57,488 bases of DNA from Eubacteriales bacterium (GCA_045532975.1 JAZSGX010000005.1:1-57488), one strand, 5' to 3'. Positions 37,791 to 47,342 are shown, counted from the first letter of the stretch. Numbers and translations are program-made. Notes: generated by a model from the sequence alone, not told the origin.

Positions 37791-38141
37791 GAGGCATAAC
37801 CATAATCAAAAAATAGGTTAAATATAAAGGTTGTACTGACAACGGTTGGTACAACCTTTTATTTTTGTCTGCTACTCTTTTAAGGTCGAAAAGCTCTGCT
37901 TTTCCGCTTTTTATTTTAATTTTTTGATTACTACCCCTGTTTTTCGCCTCTCGACGTACGTTTGTACGCCTTTCGGGCGAAAGAACAGGGCTTTCTGCTC
38001 TCTGTATTAAGCCCTAGGGTTTGTTTGTGCGTGAGGCATAACCGAAACCAAAAATCGGATTATAAACAAAGGCTATACTGACAACGGTTAGTATAGCCTT
38101 TTCTTTTCATTTGCTACTTTTTTTAGGTCGAAAAGCTTTGC
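37791..38141 (+). repeat. Two diverged ~110-bp direct repeats (37791-37899, 38033-38141), each with a terminator hairpin; copy 1 lies inside a fold-back
   Basis: GAGGCATAACC...AAAGG(TTG/CTA)TACTGACAACGGTT(G/A)GTA(CAA/TAG)CCTTTT...GGTCGAAAAGCT in both copies. Confidence 0.88.
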
Positions 38142-38149
38142 CCACGCAT

Positions 38150-38925
38150 AATCATAACCACCAGTGCAACTGGTGGTATGCACACCCCTAGAAGGGGATA
38201 ATACAGGCTTAACCTCTCAAGAGGCACTGAAGATCTGGCACCACATTACAATCACTGGCAACCGCTCACGAGCGGTTGTCTTTTTTATGCCTTACTTTCC
38301 TTGCTACCTGTGAACGGGTCTATGTACTCTTTGAGTGTTATTTGATCCAACATACAATCTTCTTGCAACTGATTTCTTATGTATTCCGCTATTACTTTTT
38401 TGTTGCGTCCAACCGTATCAACATAGTATCCTCTGCACCAAAAATGTCTTGAGCCATACTTGTATTTTAGATTCGAATGTCTGTCAAATATCATCAATGT
38501 ACTTTTTCCCTTGAGATATCCCATAAATTGTGCTATACTTATGTGGGGTGGGATACTCACCAGCATGTGTATGTGGTCTGAACACGCTTCTGCTTCGATT
38601 ATTTCCACCTCTTTTTGCTCGCACAATTTTCTTAGTATTTCTCCGATATCTTTCTTTATCTGCCCATATATCTCTTTTCTTCTAAATTTCGGTGCAAATA
38701 CTATATGATATTGACACCTGTATTTTGAATGTGCGTTGCTTCTTATTTCATTCTTTTCCATAAAAATTAATCCTCCTGTATTTTAGTAATGCGGTCGCCA
38801 AACCACTACTAGTATATAGGAGGCTTAATTTTTGTAACCTTCTCTTGGGCTTGCGTAAAGCTCGCCCGAATTTATTGCTGTTCCACGCGTCTTTTTCCCC
38901 TAGTAGAACTAGGGGTTTATTTCCA
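38150..38925 (-). mobile_element. IS200/IS605-family element carrying tnpA only; ends approximate
   Basis: Subterminal hairpins ACCACCAG-TGCAA-CTGGTGGT (~38157-38178) and CCCCTAG-TAGAA-CTAGGGG (~38897-38915) flank a Y1 transposase; no tnpB or TIRs; inserted between two terminators. Confidence 0.85.
38285..38761 (-). CDS. tnpA: IS200/IS605 Y1 HUH transposase
   Basis: YHIVFAPKFRR, DHIHML (HUH), YLKGKS, FWCRGYYV.TVG, catalytic EYIRNQ. Confidence 0.96.
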   Translation of the reverse strand: MEKNEIRSNAHSKYRCQYHIVFAPKFRRKEIYGQIKKDIGEILRKLCEQKEVEIIEAEACSDHIHMLVSIPPHISIAQFMGYLKGKSTLMIFDRHSNLKYKYGSRHFWCRGYYVDTVGRNKKVIAEYIRNQLQEDCMLDQITLKEYIDPFTGSKESKA

Positions 38926-38944
38926 CGCCTTAAAGGCACCAATA

Positions 38945-38980
38945 AAAAATCAGGACTCAAAATTTTGAGTCCTGATTTTT
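38945..38980. terminator. Terminator of the LRR gene (perfect palindrome)
   Basis: AAAAATCAGGACTCAAAA-TTTTGAGTCCTGATTTTT. Confidence 0.85.
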
Positions 38981-38995
38981 CTCGTATATTCAATA

Positions 38996-41900
38996 CTATT
39001 GTTCTACAATTTGATATGGCGGAATTGTTACCACCGTATTGCCGATATCTTTAAAATATACAATTTGCGGTTGCTCGTTTTCATCATCCACCAGAACAAC
39101 TGCCGCTATTACACCCTTGACGAAATAGAACTCGTACACGCCGTTTCTTGTGACTCCGTTAGTGTCGCCTTGTATTAGCGCATCCTTAAATTCATAAACA
39201 TAACATCCCTTATCGCTGTTAAACGTCATCAAATCGAAGGTATCCTTGTTCATTTCAATTGACAATATGCCTTGGATTGAGTACGGGAAGGGTTGACCTT
39301 GCATACCTATATACGCCCCATTAGCCTCCATAATCGTATAGGAAACGCCGTCAATTCTTTCGGAATAGGTTTCTCTTCCTGCGGTATTTAGGTAAGCAGA
39401 ATTAGGGTTAACCTTATACTCATTTTCATACTTACCATCAAGAGAGGTTGCGTTGGCTGTGAAATTGTTGGTATTACGCATCTCTTCCCATTGTTCCTTC
39501 GTTATCTCGGTGCCAACGATGTCGATTTTTACGTCAACCTTATTCCCCTCGTTTTCGTTTTCAACATCATTGTCAGGCTCGCTGTTGTCGGTATTATCGG
39601 GCTCGCTATTTGCTCCGTTTTGACTTTCATCCACTACAAAATCATCGTCGCTCACAGCGTAGCCCCATGTAATATTAAGGGCTTTTTCGCTAAATGTTTG
39701 ATTCCAATTCTCATCCCAGGATTCACTAGGGGATTCCTGCTCAAACAATATCTCCGCGTTGTATAATCCTTCAAAAGCTCCGGCTCCTATGTGTATTACA
39801 CCCTTCGGGATTATAACAGTCTCTACTTCGCTACTGCTAGAAGAAAACGTACAGCTACTTATATATTTTAGACTGCGTGGCAAAACTATCTTCTTTGGCA
39901 TATCCATGCCCCAAAATCCGGTTACACCAACAGTACCCTCTCTTATGATAATAGTTTCTCTTTCCACGCTTGGCATACTGCCGCCCATAACAAGCTCAGT
40001 ATACAATCCAACCGCCCAGTTGTCAACATAATCAACTCCGTCCTGCTTCTCTACAAGCGCGTCACAATAGTTGAAAGCATTATATTCAATTTCAATAACA
40101 CTGTCAGGTATTGTTAGTGTTGTTAAATTTTTCGCATTTGCAAATGCATACTCATCAATAGTTATTACCCCGTTTGGTATTTCATAAGAAGTTTCGCTTC
40201 GTGCAGGTGCATATTGAATAAGCGTTTTTCCGTCCTTGGAGAAAAGATGTCCGTCTTTAGACTCAAGGCTCTCATTATCAGGATGAACCTCTATTTTTTC
40301 GAGCTTTTCGCATCCTTCAAATGGCGTTGTGCCAACTATTCTTACCGTACTTGGAATATAAAAGCTTTCGAGCTTTGTACAATTTGAAAATGCGCCCGAG
40401 AAAATGCTTTCTACTCCCTCTTCCACAGTAACACTTTCAAGATACCTGCAATTGGCAAAGCTACGGCTTCTAACGGATGTTACCCCAGCGGGTATAACTA
40501 CACTCTTAAGCCAATCGTTGCTGTAAAAAAATCCATTCTCCACATCAATTCTTGCACTATACTGGAATGCTTTTGAGCCTACCTCATACCTATTACCGTT
40601 TATACTTTCAGGAAGTGTCAAGCTACTCTTTTCACCCGCATAGCCAATAAGATAACTATATGAGTAACTTTCGTCTAAAATCTTGAAATAAAATCCATCA
40701 TCCGTCTTAATTACCGTTTTTTTACCTTCAGTCTCGGTATATACGTTTAAATAGTTTCCACTGGTTTTAAAGTTTTCATCATTTGGTATTTGAGTGCTGT
40801 CAATTTTAGAAAGATTATAAACCTCTGAAAATCTTTCGCAATTTGCAAAGGCCTTTTTTCCTATACTCTCAACACCTCTGCCCAAGGTAAGGGTAAATAA
40901 ATTATCGTATCCGTAAAATGCGTAATCTCCTATGGATGTTACGTTATCAGGAATAACAAGGTCGCTTACAAGCTCACCGTCAACATAAAGCCACGCTCCG
41001 TAATACAAAGGGTTTACGTACTCCGAATCAAAGCTGATACCGCACCAAGGACTGATATCACTAAGATATATTCTTCTTATTGCGCTAGCGTTCCATTTGC
41101 TCTGTGATGTGGAAATACCATTAGAATTGTTGCTTCTTGTACTGAAAAAAGTAGCATCTATCGTCTCTACTGTTTCCGGTATAGTTATGTTATTAAAGGT
41201 AATCCCCTTCAACACATCACCATTCAATACGTCACCGTCAAGCAAATAAAGCTCCTTCGTATGAAGCCCAGATACATCAAGACTGTAGTTTTCTTTGGAA
41301 ACAGTCAAGCTCTTAACCACACAATTTGTAAATGCGCCATCATATACGCTAATGCTACCTGACAAAACAATATCGTTGTCATTTTCCAAAATGCACTTTA
41401 CTACCTTTGTCTTGTCCTTAGTATACAAAATTCCCTTATCTACAACATATGCTCCATTACCCTGTCCAACCGTAATGCTACTAACGTTGCTAAGCAAAGC
41501 AACCTCTTCATTTGGAAGCTCAGTTACCTTATCGGGAATGGTCAAGCTACTTATCTCGCTTACGGATTCGAAAAATCTGTTTCGCACCTTGTAGCTTGCA
41601 CCGCAAAAATCGCTCGGCAATACCAAATTATCCTTTTTAGCTCCGCAATAGGTTAAAAGATATACATCCTTGCCCTGATAGAAAACAAAGCCATCATTTG
41701 TTTTGGTTTGCTTGCTTTTCTCGTTCTCGGAGGTGTAAATATTAAATGCGGAGTTTTCTCCCAGCTCAACACCTGACAAATTGTATATTTCCGCAAGAAT
41801 CATACCGGAAAGCTCATTCGCGCCTATCTTTTTTAAGCTCTTAGGTAAAATCAGCTTTGTTATTCCCGTTACGTTAGATAGTGCGCCCTCAGCTATGACC

Positions 41901-42520
41901 TCTGTACCGTTTAGTATTTGAAGCTCGTTTCCCAAACCGTTTTCATAAAGCATTACAAGCTCCTTGCCATCAAAGGAGTAAAGGCTTTTATTAACCGTTT
42001 TGTAGTGCTTACTGCCCTTGTCAACGCTTACAAGAGAAACTCCATTTAAGGTGTCAGGTGTTAAGCCTGTTACGTTTTTTCCTATATAAAGAGCTATGCC
42101 TTCAGTTGGCTGTCCTATACCGAAAGCAGCAAACATATTGTAAAAAGCGTAAGGAGCTATCGTTTCCATATTATCAAGTGTAGTTACGCTCTCAACTGTC
42201 AGCTCGAGGAAATATCCCAAAAAATTAGAGCCTATCTCTTTTACAGGCTTCCCCTCATAAACATTTGGAATTACTACGTGCTTATCCTCGCAGCTGCCTA
42301 AACCTGTGACTATATAATAAGTACCGTCCTCACTAAGCTGAAAATCAAGCCCCTGGCTTTCCTTTTCTGCCGGTGGAATGCCGATATCTTCGTTCTCGCT
42401 TGACTCTGTGCTCACACTACTGCTTTGACCCGTCTCCTCCTCATCGCCACAAGAGGTCAAAGAAATGCACAATACTAACAAAATTGATAAAAGTGCCATC
42501 AAAAGTGTCTTTATTTTCAT
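38996..42520 (-). CDS. BspA/TpLRR-type leucine-rich-repeat lipoprotein
   Basis: Lipobox LTSC; repeats such as LVIPDNVTSIGDYAFYG and IPNGVITIDEYAFANAKNL; start moved to ATG 42520 (SD GAAGGAG). Confidence 0.9.
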   Translation of the reverse strand: MKIKTLLMALLSILLVLCISLTSCGDEEETGQSSSVSTESSENEDIGIPPAEKESQGLDFQLSEDGTYYIVTGLGSCEDKHVVIPNVYEGKPVKEIGSNFLGYFLELTVESVTTLDNMETIAPYAFYNMFAAFGIGQPTEGIALYIGKNVTGLTPDTLNGVSLVSVDKGSKHYKTVNKSLYSFDGKELVMLYENGLGNELQILNGTEVIAEGALSNVTGITKLILPKSLKKIGANELSGMILAEIYNLSGVELGENSAFNIYTSENEKSKQTKTNDGFVFYQGKDVYLLTYCGAKKDNLVLPSDFCGASYKVRNRFFESVSEISSLTIPDKVTELPNEEVALLSNVSSITVGQGNGAYVVDKGILYTKDKTKVVKCILENDNDIVLSGSISVYDGAFTNCVVKSLTVSKENYSLDVSGLHTKELYLLDGDVLNGDVLKGITFNNITIPETVETIDATFFSTRSNNSNGISTSQSKWNASAIRRIYLSDISPWCGISFDSEYVNPLYYGAWLYVDGELVSDLVIPDNVTSIGDYAFYGYDNLFTLTLGRGVESIGKKAFANCERFSEVYNLSKIDSTQIPNDENFKTSGNYLNVYTETEGKKTVIKTDDGFYFKILDESYSYSYLIGYAGEKSSLTLPESINGNRYEVGSKAFQYSARIDVENGFFYSNDWLKSVVIPAGVTSVRSRSFANCRYLESVTVEEGVESIFSGAFSNCTKLESFYIPSTVRIVGTTPFEGCEKLEKIEVHPDNESLESKDGHLFSKDGKTLIQYAPARSETSYEIPNGVITIDEYAFANAKNLTTLTIPDSVIEIEYNAFNYCDALVEKQDGVDYVDNWAVGLYTELVMGGSMPSVERETIIIREGTVGVTGFWGMDMPKKIVLPRSLKYISSCTFSSSSSEVETVIIPKGVIHIGAGAFEGLYNAEILFEQESPSESWDENWNQTFSEKALNITWGYAVSDDDFVVDESQNGANSEPDNTDNSEPDNDVENENEGNKVDVKIDIVGTEITKEQWEEMRNTNNFTANATSLDGKYENEYKVNPNSAYLNTAGRETYSERIDGVSYTIMEANGAYIGMQGQPFPYSIQGILSIEMNKDTFDLMTFNSDKGCYVYEFKDALIQGDTNGVTRNGVYEFYFVKGVIAAVVLVDDENEQPQIVYFKDIGNTVVTIPPYQIVEQ

Positions 42521-42697
42521 ATAATTCTCCTTCATATTCGCTGTCATACTCGTAATATATGCATTTTAATTTTAGCACGCAGATTATTCTTTGTCAATGG
42601 CATCAATCATTATTTTCATCGAACAATACTATTGATTTCTTGCAAGATATATGGTAAAATTTTAATGTAAATCACGTAATTTTAGAGGAGACTTTTT

Positions 42698-43984
42698 ATG
42701 GATATTGCAAGAATACAAAGAGTTAAGCCGCTTATGGACAGGAGATTCGGTATGTTTATACATTGGGGCATTTATGCAGTCCCCGCAAGAGAAAGCAGAA
42801 GCGAATGGATAAGGAATGTTGACGAGGTAACGGTTGAGGACTATCAACCTTATTTTGACAGCTTCAATCCTGTTGACTACGACCCTAAAAAGTGGGCAAA
42901 ATTGGCTAAAGAGGCAGGAATGAAATACGCAGTGCTTACAACAAAGCACCACGACGGCTTTTGCTTGTTTGATAGCCAATATACAGACTACAAGGTTACA
43001 AACACTCCATATGGCAAGGATATAGTTAAGGAATACGTTGAAGCTTTTCGTGCAGAGGGAATTATGGTTGGCTTTTACTATTCTCTACTCGACTGGCATC
43101 ACCCGGATTATCCTGCCTACGGAGATATGCACCATCCAATGCGTAACAATGAAGCCTTTAAGGGTCAAGGTGAGCATTTTGAACGATATGTAGAATATAT
43201 GCACAACCAGGTGCGTGAGCTTTTGACCAACTACGGCAAAATTGATATTATGTGGTTTGACTTCCACTATGAAGAAATGACGGGAGAAAAGTGGGAAGCA
43301 ACCAAGCTTATTAAAATGGCGCGTGAAATCAATCCCGATTTGATTATTGACGACCGTTTGGGTGGTGACGTCAAGGCGGATGATTTGCCTTATTACGTTG
43401 GTGATTTCGGCTCGCCGGAGCAAATGATACCCGCAGGTGGCGTTAAGGATTACCACGGAAACCCAATCCCTTGGGAAACCTGTATGACTCTGAATGACAA
43501 CTGGGGCTACAGCCAGCGTGATATGAACTACAAAAGCGCGAAAAACGTTGTGCGAATGGTTGTTGAATGTACTTCTAAGGGCGGAAACGTTATTTTGAAC
43601 GTAGGTCCCGATGCACGAGGAAATATTCCCAAAAAGAGCATTGAAATTCTTACCGAGGTTGGCGAGTGGATGCGCCTAAACGGTGAAAGTATTTATGGCT
43701 GTGGTATTATGGACTATCCAAAGCCCGAATGGGGTCGTTTGACCAAGGGAAATGGTGCAGTTTATCTCCACGTTATCGACCTAAATCAAGACACCATTGC
43801 TATGCCAAACTTCCCTTACAAGGTAAAAATGGCAACGCGCTTGTCCGATGGCTCAAAGCTTTCTATGGCAGAGCCTTGGAACGTGGGCAGCTATGAGGGG
43901 GAAAATATTGTGTTTGTACATATGCCACCATTCCCACTCGTTGACAACATTGACGAGGTTATTAAATTAGAGATAGAGGAATAA
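42698..43984 (+). CDS. Alpha-L-fucosidase (GH29)
   Basis: FGMFIHWG, AGMKYAVLTTKHHDGF, YYSLLDW, MWFD, WETC.T...WGY, LNVGP. Confidence 0.93.
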   Translation: MDIARIQRVKPLMDRRFGMFIHWGIYAVPARESRSEWIRNVDEVTVEDYQPYFDSFNPVDYDPKKWAKLAKEAGMKYAVLTTKHHDGFCLFDSQYTDYKVTNTPYGKDIVKEYVEAFRAEGIMVGFYYSLLDWHHPDYPAYGDMHHPMRNNEAFKGQGEHFERYVEYMHNQVRELLTNYGKIDIMWFDFHYEEMTGEKWEATKLIKMAREINPDLIIDDRLGGDVKADDLPYYVGDFGSPEQMIPAGGVKDYHGNPIPWETCMTLNDNWGYSQRDMNYKSAKNVVRMVVECTSKGGNVILNVGPDARGNIPKKSIEILTEVGEWMRLNGESIYGCGIMDYPKPEWGRLTKGNGAVYLHVIDLNQDTIAMPNFPYKVKMATRLSDGSKLSMAEPWNVGSYEGENIVFVHMPPFPLVDNIDEVIKLEIEE

Positions 43985-44068
43985 ATTTAAGGAGCAGACC
44001 AAATCTGCTCCTTTTTTGTTGAAATTACCTCTGTTTTGTGATAATATAAAGTAAAGCGAGGTGCGTTT

Positions 44069-44542
44069 ATGATTAAGATAGCCTTTGTCTGTCACGGTAA
44101 TATTTGCAGAAGTCCTATGGCAGAATTCGTGTTTAAGAATATGGTAACTATAAGTGGGTTAGAAAACGCTTGCCACATTGTTTCCCGTGCCACAAGTGAC
44201 GAGGAAATTTGGAGAGGTGTTGGCAACCCCATACACGAGGGTACGGTTGAAATTTTTAACAAGTATAATATTCCATACGATAAAAGCAAGCGTGCTATTC
44301 AGCTAACGCGTGATGACTATGAAAAATTTGACCTTTTTATCGGTATGGATTTTGCAAATGTACGCAATATGCACCGTATTTTTGGCTCTGACCCACAAAA
44401 GAAGGTTAAGCTTTTGCTTGACTATGCAGGGGAGCACCGTGAGGTTGCAGACCCTTGGTACACGGGGAATTTCGAGAAAACCTACTGTGACGTTTTAAAG
44501 GGCTGCCAAAGCATTTTAACTATACTGGGTGGCGCAAAATGA
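44069..44542 (+). CDS. Low-molecular-weight protein tyrosine phosphatase
   Basis: VCHGNICRSPMAE P-loop; DPWY. Confidence 0.93.
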   Translation: MIKIAFVCHGNICRSPMAEFVFKNMVTISGLENACHIVSRATSDEEIWRGVGNPIHEGTVEIFNKYNIPYDKSKRAIQLTRDDYEKFDLFIGMDFANVRNMHRIFGSDPQKKVKLLLDYAGEHREVADPWYTGNFEKTYCDVLKGCQSILTILGGAK

Positions 44543-45222
44543 AATACGGACAAGTTATAAGCGGCAAGTTTATCAGCCGTCCAAACAGATTTATTGCTTA
44601 CGTCGACATAAATGGAGAAATAGAGCTCGTCCATGTGAAAAACACAGGCAGATGCCGTGAATTGTTGACCGAAAACGCCCTTGTTTATTTAAGCGTATCA
44701 GATAACCCCACCCGCAAAACAAAATACGACATTATTGCGGTTGAAAAAATAACCGCTGAAGGTGTTCGCCTAATAAATATGGACTCCCAGGTGGTCAACG
44801 ACGTGGCGCGTGAATATTTAAGTGGGCTTTTCCCAAATGCTGTAATCAGGCGCGAGGTAACCTTTGGCGCTTCCCGCTTTGATTTTTATATCGAGGATGG
44901 AGAAAGGCGTATTTTTTGCGAGGTTAAGGGTGTTACTTTGGAAAACGACGGTGTCGTTTTCTTCCCTGATGCTCCCACCGAACGTGGTGTTAAGCACTTA
45001 AATGAGCTCATTTCCGCTACAAAGCAGGGCTATGAGGCTATGGTTTTGTTTGTCACGCAAATGGAGGGAGTTAAATACCTAACCCCGAACGATAAAACCC
45101 ACAAGGAATTTGGCGACACACTAAGAAAAGCAAGTGCCAACGGAGTTAAAATCATGGCTATTGATTGCATTATTTCCCCAGATACTATCATTCCAAACAA
45201 TACAGTGGAGGTGCGCCTATGA
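44539..45222 (+). CDS. sfsA: Sugar fermentation stimulation protein (DNA/RNA nuclease)
   Basis: RPNRF, HVKNTGR..EL, SRFDF, EVKGVTL, FPDAPTERG.KHL.EL. Confidence 0.93.
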   Translation: MKYGQVISGKFISRPNRFIAYVDINGEIELVHVKNTGRCRELLTENALVYLSVSDNPTRKTKYDIIAVEKITAEGVRLINMDSQVVNDVAREYLSGLFPNAVIRREVTFGASRFDFYIEDGERRIFCEVKGVTLENDGVVFFPDAPTERGVKHLNELISATKQGYEAMVLFVTQMEGVKYLTPNDKTHKEFGDTLRKASANGVKIMAIDCIISPDTIIPNNTVEVRL

Positions 45223-45986
45223 CAATGGTGCTATTAACCGCCTTAGGTGTAGGCGGTGCTACGATTATAGGTGCTATAATCGGCTTTATATTTAAAAATA
45301 TTTCACACAAGTTTAGCGATATTGTTTTGTCCTTTGCCGCAGGTGTTATGCTTTGCGCCGCTATACTTGGTCTTATTGTTCCGTCTTATGAATACGGTGA
45401 AAAGTATGGTGTTGGTTGGGCAATCGTCATTTCAGTTGCGGGCATTTTTGCAGGCGCAGTTGCACTTAACCTGATTGACAAATTGGTACCGCATTTGCAC
45501 AAGCTGGCAGGGGCTGAACCAGAAAAGCACGCAGAAAGTAACCATCTTAGCAAGGTTATGCTTTTCGTTACCGCTATTGCAATCCATAACCTTCCCGAGG
45601 GTATTGCCGCAGGCGTGTCCTTTGGCTCCGGTAACACGACAGAGGCCCTCGTTATTGCGGGCGGTATTGCTCTACAAAACATACCTGAGGGTATGGTTAT
45701 CATCGGTCCTATGCTATCAAGCGGTGTTTCCAAAAAGCGCACCTTTATAATTGCTATGGTAACGGGACTTATCGAGGTTGTCGGCACCCTTATCGGCTAC
45801 TTTGCTGTAACCGTTGCCGAGGCTGTACTTCCTTTTGCTTTAGCCTTTGCAGGTGGCACTATGCTATATGTTATAAGTGACGAAATGATACCGGAAACCC
45901 ACGCCCACGGAGAACAAAGAGGAGCAACTTACGCCCTTTTAGTTGGCTTTTGCATAATGTTCATTTCCGACATTTTATTAAATTAG
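45219..45986 (+). CDS. ZIP-family metal transporter (ZupT/GufA-like)
   Basis: FAAGVML, IHNLPEG, LQNIPEG, AGGTML....EMIPE; start moved to ATG 45219. Confidence 0.92.
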   Translation: MTMVLLTALGVGGATIIGAIIGFIFKNISHKFSDIVLSFAAGVMLCAAILGLIVPSYEYGEKYGVGWAIVISVAGIFAGAVALNLIDKLVPHLHKLAGAEPEKHAESNHLSKVMLFVTAIAIHNLPEGIAAGVSFGSGNTTEALVIAGGIALQNIPEGMVIIGPMLSSGVSKKRTFIIAMVTGLIEVVGTLIGYFAVTVAEAVLPFALAFAGGTMLYVISDEMIPETHAHGEQRGATYALLVGFCIMFISDILLN

Positions 45987-45995
45987 CGTGGGTCT

Positions 45996-46043
45996 ACTCC
46001 TTCCGTCAACCTAAGGGTTGACACCTCCCTCAAAGATGGAGGC
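45996..46043. repeat. Dispersed double-hairpin repeat, copy 2
   Basis: ACTCCTTCCGTCAACCTAAGGGTTGACACCTCCCTCAAAGATGGAGGC; matches 12594-12640. Confidence 0.85.
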
Positions 46044-46049
46044 TATAAT

Positions 46050-46077
46050 AAAAAAGCACCCATTAGGGTGCTTTTTC
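46050..46077. terminator. Bidirectional terminator
   Basis: AAAAAAGCACCC-ATTA-GGGTGCTTTTT. Confidence 0.8.
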
Positions 46078-46080
46078 TTA

Positions 46081-46656
46081 TTATGCTTTTATGGTTGCGA
46101 AATCCTCTTTGTTTTTGTAAAAAACAAACACAGGGTCGCCTTTTGCCTTGTCTAAGTCTTGCTTTTTGAAATACTTTTCCTTTACCAAGAGCTTTAGCTC
46201 CTTGCCCGTTATATCCGTTTTTATCAGATTTTGGAAGGTTGCCTTTACATCCTCTAAGGTATTGGGTGTGCCACCGTCCTTCATAGACAAAAGCCATTTT
46301 CCACCCTCGCTTTTATACTCCGCATAATATGGCAAGACCAAAACCGCATTACCGCTTGTATAATAATAGTAGCCCTCTTCCTGCACCACGATATCAAGGT
46401 TGCGGTTTTTCTTCACATACTTATAGCTTTTATATGCAAAGCTGTGGGTTATGCTCATTGTATATGGTGTCTTTATGTCACGGTAAAACTCCGATTTTTT
46501 ATATATAATCCGCTCTATTGGAGAAGGTAAGATGGTAGTTAGCAAATAAATTGTGCCGAAGACCAAAAGCCCCAAAATTACAAGTGGCAATGTTACTATA
46601 AACAGCAAAAGGGCAAGCAGCCTTTTACCTATATCATTATTATGCTTGTGCTCCAT
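46081..46656 (-). CDS. Hypothetical membrane protein
   Basis: 191-aa ORF with an N-terminal hydrophobic segment, overlapping the upstream gene. Confidence 0.7.
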   Translation of the reverse strand: MEHKHNNDIGKRLLALLLFIVTLPLVILGLLVFGTIYLLTTILPSPIERIIYKKSEFYRDIKTPYTMSITHSFAYKSYKYVKKNRNLDIVVQEEGYYYYTSGNAVLVLPYYAEYKSEGGKWLLSMKDGGTPNTLEDVKATFQNLIKTDITGKELKLLVKEKYFKKQDLDKAKGDPVFVFYKNKEDFATIKA

Positions 46657-47281
46657 TTGTTTGCCTATACCTTTCCTTGAAAATTCTGTTATTTTCCTTT
46701 AATTCCTCAAGGGTGACAGGCATATAACCGTTTATCTCCACCCCTGCATTTAAAATTCTGTCATCATTTGCTAAAAGAGGGAAAAACAAATCCTGTGTGT
46801 CATTATGCAAATGACCGTGAAGCATTAAAAGACGCTTTTCGTGCTTCCACGTTAGTAAGGGATAGTGACATAAAATACACCCTACATCACTATTTGTTGC
46901 TTGCAGCACATCATTTACGCTTTTGAAATACAGGCTCAAGTCCTCACCTGTTTCCTTCAAGCGATAGCTTTTATGGGGGAGAGTGTCTGTTTTTTTAGCC
47001 TTTTCACCTGTATTCACTATGTATTCCTCAAGCCAGCTTGCATCGTGATTTCCTAAAATCAAATGCTTTTTACCCTTTAGGCGAGTAAGAATGTCCTTTA
47101 CGCCCGTGGCTTTGTAAAACATATCACCAAGTATATAAACCTTATCGTTACCCTTAACTTTAGCGTTCCAATTCTCCACCAAAGCCTCGTTCATCTCAGC
47201 AATACTTGAAAAGGGTCTTTTGCATAGCTTTAATATGCTTTCGTGACCGAAATGAGTATCGGCTATATAAAATATACTCAT
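46640..47281 (-). CDS. Calcineurin-like metallophosphoesterase
   Basis: ADTHFGH, LGD, GNHD, CHYP, HGHLH; start moved to ATG 47281. Confidence 0.88.
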   Translation of the reverse strand: MSIFYIADTHFGHESILKLCKRPFSSIAEMNEALVENWNAKVKGNDKVYILGDMFYKATGVKDILTRLKGKKHLILGNHDASWLEEYIVNTGEKAKKTDTLPHKSYRLKETGEDLSLYFKSVNDVLQATNSDVGCILCHYPLLTWKHEKRLLMLHGHLHNDTQDLFFPLLANDDRILNAGVEINGYMPVTLEELKENNRIFKERYRQTNGAQA

Positions 47282-47342
47282 AAAACCCCACCTTTCTTTT
47301 GAAAAAGCGACACGCCCTTTTGGGATGTCGCTATTTTTCAAA

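Noticed and set aside
38150-38925. IStron or TnpB/IscB-encoding element
   Set aside because: No room or ORF for a RuvC nuclease, and no group I intron core recognised.
39565-39612. Short tandem repeat in the LRR gene (NSEPDNTDNSEPDN)
   Set aside because: Ordinary in-frame linker duplication.
46081-47281. Phosphoesterase plus membrane protein as an anti-phage pair
   Set aside because: No defence-island context or diagnostic domain; the family is common in housekeeping regions.
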